A stretch of 63,463 nt of DNA, filler included, from Octopus bimaculoides (lineage: Eukaryota), in the NCBI RefSeq assembly GCF_001194135.2. It is 4 parts of 3 records of this genome, joined end to end, with 100 filler letters (N's around TTAATTAATTAA, not from the genome) between each part and the next. Parts side by side here need not be neighbours in the genome. Positions count along the whole stretch, not along the records: positions 30,176 to 58,818 come from NC_068988.1; 3 more parts are not named here. The stretch is one strand, 5' to 3'. Made by a program: the position numbers and the translations under genes. Positions 37,716 to 49,537 of this stretch are shown one piece after another; position 1 is the stretch's first letter; each line of letters starts with the position of its first letter. The notes below the pieces were generated by a model. It saw nothing but the letters and a program-made list of their open reading frames with translations, was not told the origin of the DNA and ran no database searches.

Positions 37716-37753
37716 CTGTAACTCGGAGTTTCACGTTCTCGTTCATCGGACAG
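37716..37753 (-). ncRNA. Minimal type I hammerhead ribozyme (Penelope-like element terminus)
   Basis: CTGT-CCGATGA-ACG-agaa-CGT-GAAA-CTCcGAG-T-T-ACAG: helix I CTGT/ACAG, core CYGANGA, helix II ACG/CGT, GAAA, quasi-palindromic helix III AACTC-C-GAGTT, UH site. Confidence 0.75.
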
Positions 37754-38426
37754 TTTTGTTAGAAATGGGAAAGGAATGACAATGCAATCAAAAGTAATAT
37801 AAAATTTGAAACACATAGATCTGTCTGATTGGTCGTTTCAAATAACGGTCATGGATGCGCAATGAACAAAACAAATGAATCTAATATAGATTCATCCTAT
37901 ATATATATATAAGATAAGAGTGAAAAAACTACAGAAAGCTTGTGTTACATGGTTAAAGTATATATTTAAATTATGTCAGAAAAATGTTAGAAAAATGTTA
38001 TAAAATCTCTTTGGTATATAAANNNNNNNNNNNNNNNNNNNNNNNNNNNNNNNNNNNNNNNNNNNNNNNNNNNNNNNNNNNNNNNNNNNNNNNNNNNNNN
38101 NNNNNNNNNNNNNNNNNNNNNNNNNNNNNNNNNNNNNNNNNNNNNNNNNNNNNNNNNNNNNNNNNNNNNNNNNNNNNNNNNNNNNNNNNNNNNNNNNNNN
38201 NNNNNNNNNNNNNNNNNNNNNNNNNNNNNNNNNNNNNNNNNNNNNNNNNNNNNNNNNNNNNNNNNNNNNNNNNNNNNNNNNNNNNNNNNNNNNNNNNNNN
38301 NNNNNNNNNNNNNNNNNNNNNNNNNNNNNNNNNNNNNNNNNNNNNNNNNNNNNNNNNNNNNNNNNNNNNNNNNNNNNNNNNNNNNNNNNNNNNNNNNNNN
38401 NNNNNNNNNNNNNNNNNNNNNNNNNN

Positions 38427-38469
<43 letters not shown>

Positions 38470-38576
38470 TATACATACATATTTGATTGAACGCCACGCA
38501 TCCATTTCCAAGTAAGTTTATCTTATACATACATATACATACATTTAGGTAGTAGGTAATGATTTTCTTCACTACT

Positions 38577-38990
38577 TCAGTGAGTGACGACCCTGCGTGA
38601 CACGAGTCCCGGGCTCAGCTGGCTCCGGCTGACAGTACCCGGTATGGGCTCCTATCCAGGGTTACGGAAAGGAGACAACCTTCAAAGAAATCCGGAGTGA
38701 AGCCCCGTAGGCGGTATAGTGTTCAACTCGACACTCTTCCGGCAGCTCCTGCNNNNNNNNNNAGACAACCTTCAAAGAAATCCGGAGTGAAGCCCCGTAG
38801 GCGGTATAGTGTTCAACTCGACACTCTTCCGGCAGCTCCTGCAACCAAGCTGGTGTCAAACGTAATGCTCTGCACTCCTTTGGACTACGTCAGCAAGGTC
38901 AAGAGAGGAATCCTGACCATTGGTCTACCCAGGATTTTCTTACATCTAGTCCGGGCCTGCGCAAAACTGGAGAGAAAACTGGAGAGGACA
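38577..38990 (+). mobile_element. GC-rich RTE-type 5' UTR-like segment (partly duplicated across a 10-N gap)
   Basis: AAATCCGGAGTGAAGCCCC..CTCCTGCAACCAAGCTGGTGTCAAACG..CCTTTGGACTACGTCAG..GAGAGG resembles RTE 5' regions as I recall them and the SINE middle at 49190-49250. Confidence 0.5.
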
Positions 38991-39668
38991 TAAAATGTAA
39001 AAACCAGACTGGATTAGTTTATGCGCAACTCCATTGTCTCCCGAGACAAAAGGATACTAACAACAACATACACACATATATACATATGTATATATACAAT
39101 TGATAAGCTTTATTTAGGTGGCTTTTGTCTTTAACTTTACATGTTCTGGTGTTTAGAATCCAATAGAGTATAGAATAAACAATGTTAGGGTTGACAATAA
39201 TGATAGCAACAATAACAATAACACGAATATAGAGAACAATGCAGAGCAAGCGCAATACAACATAAACAGAGCATATTAAACATTAACCTTAAATGTGTGT
39301 GTGTGTGTACGCGCGCGACAACAATGTCATTATGACATGTTTAGTTGAGACGGTTGTAACATTGTGGATCAAAGGTCAATGGTATGTGTGTGTGTATGTG
39401 TGCGCGGGGGTGTGTGCGCGGGCGTGTGTGCGCGCGTGTGTATGCTGTACTGTAGCAATGGGACGGTGTAGTCGTCTATGGTGTTGTGTAGGGTGATGTG
39501 GTCTGCTTCGGTGTGGGGTACAGTACCATGGAGTGGTGTACTGTATTTGGGCGTGGTGTGGCGCTGTGTGACGAATGTAGAAATTAGGGTGAGCTGTGTG
39601 TAGAGATTTGTGTTGAGTGCTTGTGCACAGTATATCTGTGTTAAAACTACTACTATTGCTGCTACTAC

Positions 39669-39968
39669 GGATCTATTTCAAAACGGGGGCACCAGTTTTC
39701 ATTTATGTTTTATGTAGTGTTTTTGGTACGGAAAGACTTTCAAACTTCGTATACTTATCTATTTTGTGTTATAGAAAAGAAAAAAAATTTTGTATTCGAA
39801 TTTATTTCATGTAAAAAATTGTCTTATTTCGATAATTTCTACTAATCACTGACGTCTATTCAGTTGAAAATAGTTAGCGCTGTAACGGTGTATATCGTAT
39901 TAATCCCCTAACCCTAACCCTAACCCTAACTAGACTGTTAACCCTAACCCTAACCCTAACCTTAACCC
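39669..39968 (+). mobile_element. GGATC-terminal MITE with internal (CCCTAA)n (right end lost in a gap)
   Basis: GGATCTATTTCAAAACGGGGGC.. colinear with 45374; about 9 CCCTAA-type units at 39906-39968 run into the gap. Confidence 0.8.
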
Positions 39969-40715
39969 NNNNNNNNNNNNNNNNNNNNNNNNNNNNNNNN
40001 NNNNNNNNNNNNNNNNNNNNNNNNNNNNNNNNNNNNNNNNNNNNNNNNNNNNNNNNNNNNNNNNNNNNNNNNNNNNNNNNNNNNNNNNNNNNNNNNNNNN
40101 NNNNNNNNNNNNNNNNNNNNNNNNNNNNNNNNNNNNNNNNNNNNNNNNNNNNNNNNNNNNNNNNNNNNNNNNNNNNNNNNNNNNNNNNNNNNNNNNNNNN
40201 NNNNNNNNNNNNNNNNNNNNNNNNNNNNNNNNNNNNNNNNNNNNNNNNNNNNNNNNNNNNNNNNNNNNNNNNNNNNNNNNNNNNNNNNNNNNNNNNNNNN
40301 NNNNNNNNNNNNNNNNNNNNNNNNNNNNNNNNNNNNNNNNNNNNNNNNNNNNNNNNNNNNNNNNNNNNNNNNNNNNNNNNNNNNNNNNNNNNNNNNNNNN
40401 NNNNNNNNNNNNNNNNNNNNNNNNNNNNNNNNNNNNNNNNNNNNNNNNNNNNNNNNNNNNNNNNNNNNNNNNNNNNNNNNNNNNNNNNNNNNNNNNNNNN
40501 NNNNNNNNNNNNNNNNNNNNNNNNNNNNNNNNNNNNNNNNNNNNNNNNNNNNNNNNNNNNNNNNNNNNNNNNNNNNNNNNNNNNNNNNNNNNNNNNNNNN
40601 NNNNNNNNNNNNNNNNNNNNNNNNNNNTATATCACCACTACTGCTATCACCATTATCAGTAGCAGCCACTACTACTACTACCACCGCCGCCACCACCACC
40701 ACCACCACCACCACC

Positions 40716-40756
<41 letters not shown>

Positions 40757-41064
40757 CACTACTACTACTACTACTACCACCACCACCACCACCATCACCA
40801 CCACCACCACCACTACTACTACTACTACTAGTTGTATTCCAGCTGTGACAATCCAGTCGTTCTTCTCTTGAGATGTTATGTTCAATATTGATGTGCAATT
40901 GGAGGATAGCTAGGCTGTTCATTGCAGCAAGTCAAGTCGCCATGTAGAGGCTCTATTCATTGCTTGGTTAACAGCTGTTGCACTCTGACTAAGTACACCA
41001 ACCTGGCTCACATCTGCTGCAGATGGAAAGAAATATGCATACTTCCGTACATATTACCCACCCA

Positions 41065-41252
41065 TATGATAGATCGCTAGCCACTACACATTCTTTATTT
41101 TCTCTCCTTGTTTCTTTCTGTGTTCCTTTCTGTGGAAGAGCGTAGGCTCGAAACGTTAAAGACTTTTTCACTTCCCGAGCGTAGTACTAATACATCTGTT
41201 TGTTGTCTACACCACCTGTCTTCGTCTTTTGTTTTTTTTTTGCGAATTCTCC
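41065..41252 (+). mobile_element. Penelope-like terminal-repeat fragment with a hammerhead-like motif
   Basis: CTTT-CTGTGGA-A-GAGC-gtag-GCTC-GAAACGTT-AAAG (41126-41161); (TA)n lies beyond the gap. Confidence 0.6.
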
Positions 41253-41477
41253 NNNNNNNNNNNNNNNNNNNNNNNNNNNNNNNNNNNNNNNNNNNNNNNN
41301 NNNNNNNNNNNNNNNNNNNNNNNNNNNNNNNNNNNNNNNNNNNNNNNNNNNNNNNNNNNNNNNNNNNNNNNNNNNNNNNNNNNNNNNNNNNNNNNNNNNN
41401 NNNNNNNNNNNNNNNNNNNNNNNNNNNNNNNNNNNNNNNNNNNNNNNNNNNNNNNNATATATATATATATATAAATA

Positions 41478-41885
41478 CAGGTCGTTGTCGACTTACGACC
41501 ACAATTGGTTCCGACTGACAGGTCGTAAGTCGACCTATAGACCTACATAGCTTTGTTTTATATTGTTACTTTCTTAAGATACATTCTCAGGTAAAAATCA
41601 CACACAGCATTCTGTATTATATACTATTATACTGGCGTTAGTCAAACATTTCGGAGTCTCAAGCAGTCGGCTTATAAACAAATACGAGGTTGCCTCGATG
41701 TCTCCGCGACAGGATAGTCATCCAACACAGTGGCGATGGATATCCAAACCTAAGGGAAGCGTTTGTTAGCTGACATCATCCGTAGATAGGTTAATTAATT
41801 TATTATTATTTGACTATTTATTATTGTTGCCGGAAGCTGGCGCACCAATTGTCGTAGTCGATCGGTCGTAAGTAGACGACGACGT
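41478..41885. mobile_element. Tigger/pogo-like MITE remnant
   Basis: TA|CAGGTCGTTGTCGACTTACGACCACAATTGG at left; imperfect inverted CCAATTGTCGTAGTCGATCGGTCGTAAGTAGACGACG at right. Confidence 0.5.
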
Positions 41886-42721
41886 TTTTACATGATTGAA
41901 CGCAGCGCCTTCCAAATGTAAGTAGTTTTCGTAAACTCATATCCTCCGACGCTACTCTATCTCTTTCTCTTTCTTTGTTCCCCCTCTCGTTCTTCCTCTT
42001 TACTACTACGTATCTCGCTTTACCTCTCTCGTTCTTCCTCTGTTACTATTACGTACCTCTTTTTTCCCCCTCGTATTTCCTCTCTTTCTCTTTTCCCCTG
42101 TTGCTCACCTATTCTTCTACTTCCTCCCTTTGTTTCTCCCTCTACCACTCTCTCTACCGGCATGGTCACATGCTTCCGGTCAATAATCCTTTCCTTCCTT
42201 GGCTTTTGCCAAGCAACGCACGCACCACTTTGTCTCTCTCGGATTCGTGCCTCNNNNNNNNNNNNNNNNNNNNNNNNNNNNNNNNNNNNNNNNNNNNNNN
42301 NNNNNNNNNNNNNNNNNNNNNNNNNNNNNNNNNNNNNNNNNNNNNNNNNNNNNNNNNNNNNNNNNNNNNNNNNNNNNNNNNNNNNNNNNNNNNNNNNNNN
42401 NNNNNNNNNNNNNNNNNNNNNNNNNNNNNNNNNNNNNNNNNNNNNNNNNNNNNNNNNNNNNNNNNNNNNNNNNNNNNNNNNNNNNNNNNNNNNNNNNNNN
42501 NNNNNNNNNNNNNNNNNNNNNNNNNNNNNNNNNNNNNNNNNNNNNNNNNNNNNNNNNNNNNNNNNNNNNNNNNNNNNNNNNNNNCTCTATGTGGCTCGTG
42601 TGTTCTCGTCTACGTTTGTTTGCAATGTCCTGTACCCAGATATGCACCTATACATACAGGTGGATGTCGGTATGCACATACCTGTACGTATATATGCATA
42701 TACTCATTTACTATTTGTTTT

Positions 42722-42759
<38 letters not shown>

Positions 42760-43615
42760 CGTATGTATGTATGAGAAAAATATTGGGGGGGGGGGCTCCG
42801 ATGTAGCTATGAGGTATTACTCATGCACTTAACTACAAGTCCACTGCATCTTATAGCAAAACAGCTGCAGGCTAGTGAAGTTCATAAGATAACAGTTTAT
42901 TCCTTCCTCATTTCATTTCCACTTAACCTGAAGTTCTACATCAGGTTATTAGTCTGGAAATGACTAAGCATACACACACACACACATGACGGTAGGACCG
43001 CCTCTGTGTGGTTGCACAACCTGCGAGAAATACCAGACAATTCCCTCTTCAATCATACTGTACGTTGTTAAATGAGGGCACGTTGAATTATGCGATCCCG
43101 GGTTTCTTACATACGATGAATAATTGAAATGGTCATGGCTGAAATGCATTTGATCACAGGCCAGCTTATTAACCATGGCTGAGATGGAGGATATCCACCT
43201 CCACCACTACCGGCGCTGCCGCTGTTGTAAATTCGTAGAACAGACATTACATTCTGTACAATAATAAAGTGCTGTATGTCAGAATGTTAGATTGTGATTG
43301 TAAACGGGACAGAGAAATAGTATATGTATTGGGATTGCTGTGTCTGTTTGTGGGTCACACTGATTAACTGCAGGTCATAAGGCTGCTGCTGGATAAGGAC
43401 TGACCGAGGGCTACATAAAAGCAGCAATACCAGCCATTGCTAAATTCATCACTGCTACATCAATAAATTGGGGGGAAAAAAAGTCAATTAGGAGTTGAAA
43501 AGAAAATACTTTCAAATGTACTTGCGTGTATGTATGTCCGCATGTATAAGTATCTACTTAAGTAGATACATATGTCTGTATGTGCTCGTGTATGTGTGTG
43601 CATGTGCACGCATGC

Positions 43616-43658
<43 letters not shown>

Positions 43659-44795
43659 CTTTTGCCACGTCATGTACCCAGTTATGTATCTATATGTACA
43701 TGTAGATGAAGGTATGTACATACATGTACATATATATGCATATACTCATATATTGTTTGTATCACAACAGAACGCACGCGTTAACCTTTATACAGTAAGT
43801 TTTAACTATTTTTCTAACGCGACTCTCTCTATCTCTATATCTATCTTCCCCTCTACTGTTCTTNNNNNNNNNNNNNNNNNNNNNNNNNNNNNNNNNNNNN
43901 NNNNNNNNNNNNNNNNNNNNNNNNNNNNNNNNNNNNNNNNNNNNNNNNNNNNNNNNNNNNNNNNNNNNNNNNNNNNNNNNNNNNNNNNNNNNNNNNNNNN
44001 NNNNNNNNNNNNNNNNNNNNNNNNNNNNNNNNNNNNNNNNNNNNNNNNNNNNNNNNNNNNNNNNNNNNNNNNNNNNNNNNNNNNNNNNNNNNNNNNNNNN
44101 NNNNNNNNNNNNNNNNNNNNNNNNNNNNNNNNNNNNNNNNNNNNNNNNNNNNNNNNNNNNNNNNNNNNNNNNNNNNNNNNNNNNNNNNNNNNNNNNNNNN
44201 NNNNNNNNNNNNNNNNNNNNNNNNNNNNNNNNNNNNNNNNNNNNNNNNNNNNNNNNNNNNNNNNNNNNNNNNNNNNNNNNNNNNNNNNNNNNNNNNNNNN
44301 NNNNNNNNNNNNNNNNNNNNNNNNNNNNNNNNNNNNNNNNNNNNNNNNNNNNNNNNNNNNNNNNNNNNNNNNNNNNNNNNNNNNNNNNNNNNNNNNNNNN
44401 NNNNNNNNNNNNNNNNNNNNNNNNNNNNNNNNNNNNNNNNNNNNNNNNNNNNNNNNNNNNNNNNNNNNNNNNNNNNNNNNNNNNNNNNNNNNNNNNNNNN
44501 NNNNNNNNNNNNNNNNNNNNNNNNNNNNNNNNNNNNNNNNNNNNNNNNNNNNNNNNNNNNNNNNNNNNNNNNNNNNNNNNNNNNNNNNNNNNNNNNNNNN
44601 NNNNNNNNNNNNNNNNNNNNNNNNNNNNNNNNNNNNNNNNNNNNNNNNNNNNNNNNNNNNNNNNNNNNNNNNNNNNNNNNNNNNNNNNNNNNNNNNNNNN
44701 NNNNNNNNNNNNNNNNNNNNNNNNNNNNNNNNNNNNNNNNNNNNNNNNNNNNNNNNNNNNNNNNNNNNNNNNNNNNNNNNNNNNNNNNNNNNNNN

Positions 44796-44833
<38 letters not shown>

Positions 44834-45373
44834 TGTATAAAACGACAATGGACATTTGTCGTTCAGCAGCTTACAATTAAGTGGTGAGTGCATGACGGTA
44901 TTCAATAATGGCAGACAACAGTTTGAACATTTGGCGCGATAACAGTAAAATCTACACATTTGAATGACCTTTTATGTTAACTTATGAATCCTCCTCACTG
45001 CATCTGTCACCCTAATTAATTTTATGTATTCACTAAGATAGTTTCTGTTCCAACTTCCAACAATTACAAAAACGGAGTTTGTTTTTAAGTTGATGTGTAA
45101 TTAGTATAAACAAAGCGGAGAGTGTATTCCTCACTAAATGAAGGTTTTGATCGAATAGAATTTTTTTACTGGTCGTAATTGCCTCAAGGTTATGGTTTAC
45201 TGTTGTTTCAAAGGGAATGTAATTTCAATAAATCAAGAATTTAATCGTGTATTTTGTTTGTTATATATTTATTGTCTATATTCCTGCATTCATGCTACTG
45301 GTCACTTTGAGTTATTTCCCTTTGTTAAATTCCGTCTAATTTACACAAATTAACTTAAGCCATAAATAGTATT

Positions 45374-45979
45374 GGATCTTTTTTAAAACGGGGGCCACAT
45401 TTTTCATTAATGTTTTACGTAGTGTTTTTGGTACCGAAAGACTTTCAAACTTCGTATACTTATCTATTTTGTGTTATAGAACAGAAAAATATTTTTGTAT
45501 TCGAATTTATTTCATGTAAAAAATTGTCTTATTTCGATAATTTCAACCAATCACTGACAAGTATTCAGTTGTTTACATTTACTCCTTTGGCTGATTAAGC
45601 CATAGCTTCGTTTTATTTGCCTTTTTCATTTTAAATTTGCTTTTTTCATTTTCTTTTTTTTTTCTTCGTTTTATTTGCTTTTTTCTTTTTAAATTTGCTG
45701 TTTTACCCTAACCCTAACCCTAACCCTATCACCGATAGAATTGTTTCAGAATCGTTTGTTTATGTAGTCGGCACTTAATGTATATCGGCTGAATGGACGT
45801 CAGTGATTGGTTGAAATTACAGAAATACGACAACTTTAACATGGAATAAGTTATGGATTTCTTTTTTTTTTTAAGAAGACTAAGAGAAAAAGATGTTTTA
45901 TATGACACATTCTACCAGTGTTCCAAGTTTCAAAGTGTTTCGTTAATGAAAAATGTGGCCCCCGTTTTAAAAAAGATCC
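45374..45979 (+). mobile_element. Complete GGATC-terminal MITE (606 bp), about 37-bp TIR, 8-bp TSD, internal (CCCTAA)4
   Basis: TIRs GGATCTTTTTTAAAACGGGGGCCACATTTTTCATTAA / TTAATGAAAAATGTGGCCCCCGTTTTAAAAAAGATCC; TSD ATAGTATT at 45366-45373 and 45980-45987. Confidence 0.95.
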
Positions 45980-46133
45980 ATAGTATTTACTTTTTTGTGT
46001 ATGTCAAAGTAAATCAGCTGCGTTAACGTTGGACAATCACTGTACTGATTACATTTATAGTGACCAAAAAAAAAAAACTTCGTATGATTCCAATATATGG
46101 TCCTAAATATGTTTATTATCTATAGTCATAAGG

Positions 46134-46350
46134 TAACGAACTAGTAGAATCGTTATAGTACGCTGGACAAAATGTTTATCAGTGTTTCATCCATCTGAAA
46201 ATTCTGGTTTGAAATTCTGCCATTCTGGGTTCAAATTTGCTTTTCATCTTCTCGTGGTCGATGAAATAAGTACCAGTTGACCACGGGGGTCGATATAATC
46301 GACCAGCCTCCTACTCTAAAATTGCCAGCCTTGTGTTTAAAGTTTGAAAC
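46134..46350 (+). mobile_element. ATT-SINE copy
   Basis: AAGGTAACGAACTAGTAGAATCGTTATAGTACGCTGG..GGGGTCGATATAATCGACC..GCCTTGTG. Confidence 0.7.
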
Positions 46351-46869
46351 CCGTTATATACGATCATAAATACATTGTACATATTAATAATAAACACGTA
46401 CTCATCATGTTTGAGGTGCTCAAAACAATTTATTGTCAAGTAGATCTGTGATCAATGGTATACACACCGATTCCGTACCCCCAGTTACATTATATAATGT
46501 GCCATCTCTTTATTGTTTTTGTCTTTAGACGTTATAGTGTAGTTTACAGAAGATTTGATGGCTATTTCTAGCAGGTTGAGAGATCCCGTAAAAGAATCGT
46601 CTTCGTTATCTTATCCCTGTCTGTACTTCGTACTCATTTCCGTGACAACTGACAGTTGCGGCTTCTCATATGTCGGCAATGGAGGCTTTCAATTGGCTAA
46701 AACTACATAACTCTAAATGCTTGCAATTATGAATTTCTAGAAAACAAACTAACAAAACAATAACAAATGAATGCGATTTTCGTCCTCAGTATGAAAAATT
46801 ACATCAATTTAAAGATTATCTTGTGGAAATGTGAAATGCTTCAAGTGGTTGCAAGAAATTTAAGAAGAT

Positions 46870-47665
46870 CCAACATTAAGTTCAAATTGCGCGAACGTCT
46901 TTGCCTTTCGTTCTTTTGGACTCCACGAAATAAGTTACCAATCAATCACTGGGGTTGGTGTAATCGACTAGCCCCCCTCCCACCAAAATCGCAGGCCTTT
47001 CTACAGGCACGGAAGCGCTGTCAGGCGAGACTGCCCGAGATGTGCGCAGAGCGACGAGACCGTTCTGCTTGCACTCGTGCAATGTCCGAGCATTGCTGAT
47101 TCGTGGAGTAATGTTGAATAGCTGCTAGCGCGTGTGGGTCGAATCAGATTATTCGCCGAATCCATCGTGAGGATCGCCCCACCACCCACCTTTAACAAGG
47201 CAGGGCAGGTATTGTTCCTCTGTCTAGTGGTTATGACGAAAGAGGTTGTGTGTTGAACAAGGCTGAAAATGTTGCGGAGAGACACTTTCCTCTACGGCCA
47301 AGCTCTCGGGAAAATGAGGGTGAGGAGAGAAGTGAATTTCTGAAAAGATGGGTGACTGTGACGAAAATGGTTTAGCGTGAATGACCCTACTCTAAGTATG
47401 CACCAGTAGAGGGCTCGACCCTTCGATGGTCAGTGTAATCTTGGATCTGTGGGGTTCCTCGATTGACCCTGTTTAGAGTTTCTCCTCTATCAAGAGGACT
47501 GCTCACTCATGTTATCACATACTTTGTATACTATGTATAATTTTATCGAATTTCACGGTCTTTTCAATTTCTTCCTCCCCATCTTTTCTTTAAATCCCCA
47601 CACAAATTGATCTCTATCCTTGTGATATCCCCCTCATCATGCCCCTGTGGCTAATAAAAGAAATC
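46870..47665 (+). mobile_element. ATT-SINE lacking its tail, fused to an L1/Tx1-like ORF2 C-terminus, 3' UTR and terminus
   Basis: From 46999: YRHGSAVRRDCPRCAQSDETVLLALVQCPSIADSW (CCHC-finger-like)..TKEVVC*TRLKMLRRDTFLYGQAL; ends GCCCCTGTGGCTAATAAAAGAAATC followed by long (ATC/ATT)n. Confidence 0.75.
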
Positions 47666-47675
47666 ATCATCGTTA

Positions 47676-47734
<59 letters not shown>

Positions 47735-47744
47735 GTTATTATTA

Positions 47745-47779
<35 letters not shown>

Positions 47780-47926
47780 GTTATTATTATTAATATTATT
47801 ATTATTGTTATTAGTAGTAGTAGTAGTAGTAGTATTTGTAGTAGTAGTAGTGGTGGTGGTGGTGGTGGTAGTAGCAATAGTGGTGGTAGTGGTGGTAGTA
47901 GTAGTAGCAGTAGTGTGGTGGTGGTG

Positions 47927-47981
<55 letters not shown>

Positions 47982-48000
47982 AAGTAGTGGTAGTAATGCT
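47664..48000. repeat. Compound (ATT)n/(AGT)n/(GGT)n microsatellite
   Basis: Direct reading. Confidence 0.95.
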
Positions 48001-49048
48001 GCTGCATGACCAACAGGTAGTCTAATATTAGAAGCAATGTGTTTACTTAAAAACTACTCTAAACCAACCAGCAATCTAGCAAAGATCTAAATTTACAGAT
48101 AATCTCTATATTTAGACAAACACATCGGCCCCCCCCCCCTATTATTCCTATTCGTTCGTTACCTACCCGNNNNNNNNNNNNNNNNNNNNNNNNNNNNNNN
48201 NNNNNNNNNNNNNNNNNNNNNNNNNNNNNNNNNNNNNNNNNNNNNNNNNNNNNNNNNNNNNNNNNNNNNNNNNNNNNNNNNNNNNNNNNNNNNNNNNNNN
48301 NNNNNNNNNNNNNNNNNNNNNNNNNNNNNNNNNNNNNNNNNNNNNNNNNNNNNNNNNNNNNNNNNNNNNNNNNNNNNNNNNNNNNNNNNNNNNNNNNNNN
48401 NNNNNNNNNNNNNNNNNNNNNNNNNNNNNNNNNNNNNNNNNNNNNNNNNNNNNNNNNNNNNNNNNNNNNNNNNNNNNNNNNNNNNNNNNNNNNNNNNNNN
48501 NNNNNNNNNNNNNNNNNNNNNNNNNNNNNNNNNNNNNNNNNNNNNNNNNNNNNNNNNNNNNNNNNNNNNNNNNNNNNNNNNNNNNNNNNNNNNNNNNNNN
48601 NNNNNNNNNNNNNNNNNNNNNNNNNNNNNNNNNNNNNNNNNNNNNNNNNNNNNNNNNNNNNNNNNNNNNNNNNNNNNNNNNNNNNNNNNNNNNNNNNNNN
48701 NNNNNNNNNNNNNNNNNNNNNNNNNNNNNNNNNNNNNNNNNNNNNNNNNNNNNNNNNNNNNNNNNNNNNNNNNNNNNNNNNNNNNNNNNNNNNNNNNNNN
48801 NNNNNNNNNNNNNNNNNNNNNNNNNNNNNNNNNNNNNNNNNNNNNNNNNNNNNNNNNNNNNNNNNNNNNNNNNNNNNNNNNNNNNNNNNNNNNNNNNNNN
48901 NNNNNNNNNNNNNNNNNNNNNNNNNNNNNNNNNNNNNNNNNNNNNNNNNNNNNNNNNNNNNNNNNNNNNNNNNNNNNNNNNNNNNNNNNNNNNNNNNNNN
49001 NNNNNNNNNNNNNNNNNNNNGAGAATAAACGTTTATCAAAACGTGTTG

Positions 49049-49375
49049 AAGGCGCATAGCTCAGTGGTTTGAGTGTCGAGCTCACAATCATGAGGCTGTG
49101 AGTTTGATTCCCGGACCGGGTTGTTTTTGAGCAAAATACTTTATTTCATTTTGCTCCAATTCACTCAGCTGTAGAAATGAGTTGTGACACCACTGGTGCC
49201 AAGCTGTACCGGCCTTTGCTTTTCCTTTGGATAACATCGGTGACGTGGAGAGGGGAGGCTGGTATGCATGGGCGACTGCTGGTCTTCCATAAACAACCTT
49301 GCCCGGACTTGTGCCTCAAAGGGTAACTTTCTAGGTGCAATCCCAAGGTCATTTATGACAGAAGAGGGGTCCTCT
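49049..49375 (+). mobile_element. tRNA head + CORE-like block + RTE-5'-like middle SINE (Ceph-domain type)
   Basis: GGCGCATAGCTCAGTGG..GTTTGATTCC; TTGAGCAAAATACTTTATTTCA..CACTCAGCTG; CTGGTGCCAAG..CCTTTGGATAACATCGG..GAGAGG. Confidence 0.65.
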
Positions 49376-49537
49376 TTCTCTAAAATGTTTTAGTAGTGCG
49401 GCCCGCCTGACGATGAGCCATGTCTCATGCGGCCCATTTCTTGAAAAGGATGCTCATGCCAGATATCAAAACTTGGGGGAAAAAAAAAGCACGGAACATT
49501 TTTTTGGGCGCTCCAACGATTCTGACAATCCAACATC

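Noticed and set aside
38668-38843. Apparent 85-bp tandem duplication
   Set aside because: Same artefact around a 10-N gap.
47614-48037. Poly-I/N/V/T/S ORFs (also 5802-6236, 8092-8436, 30619-31002, 40656-40922)
   Set aside because: Translations of trinucleotide microsatellites with no coding signal.
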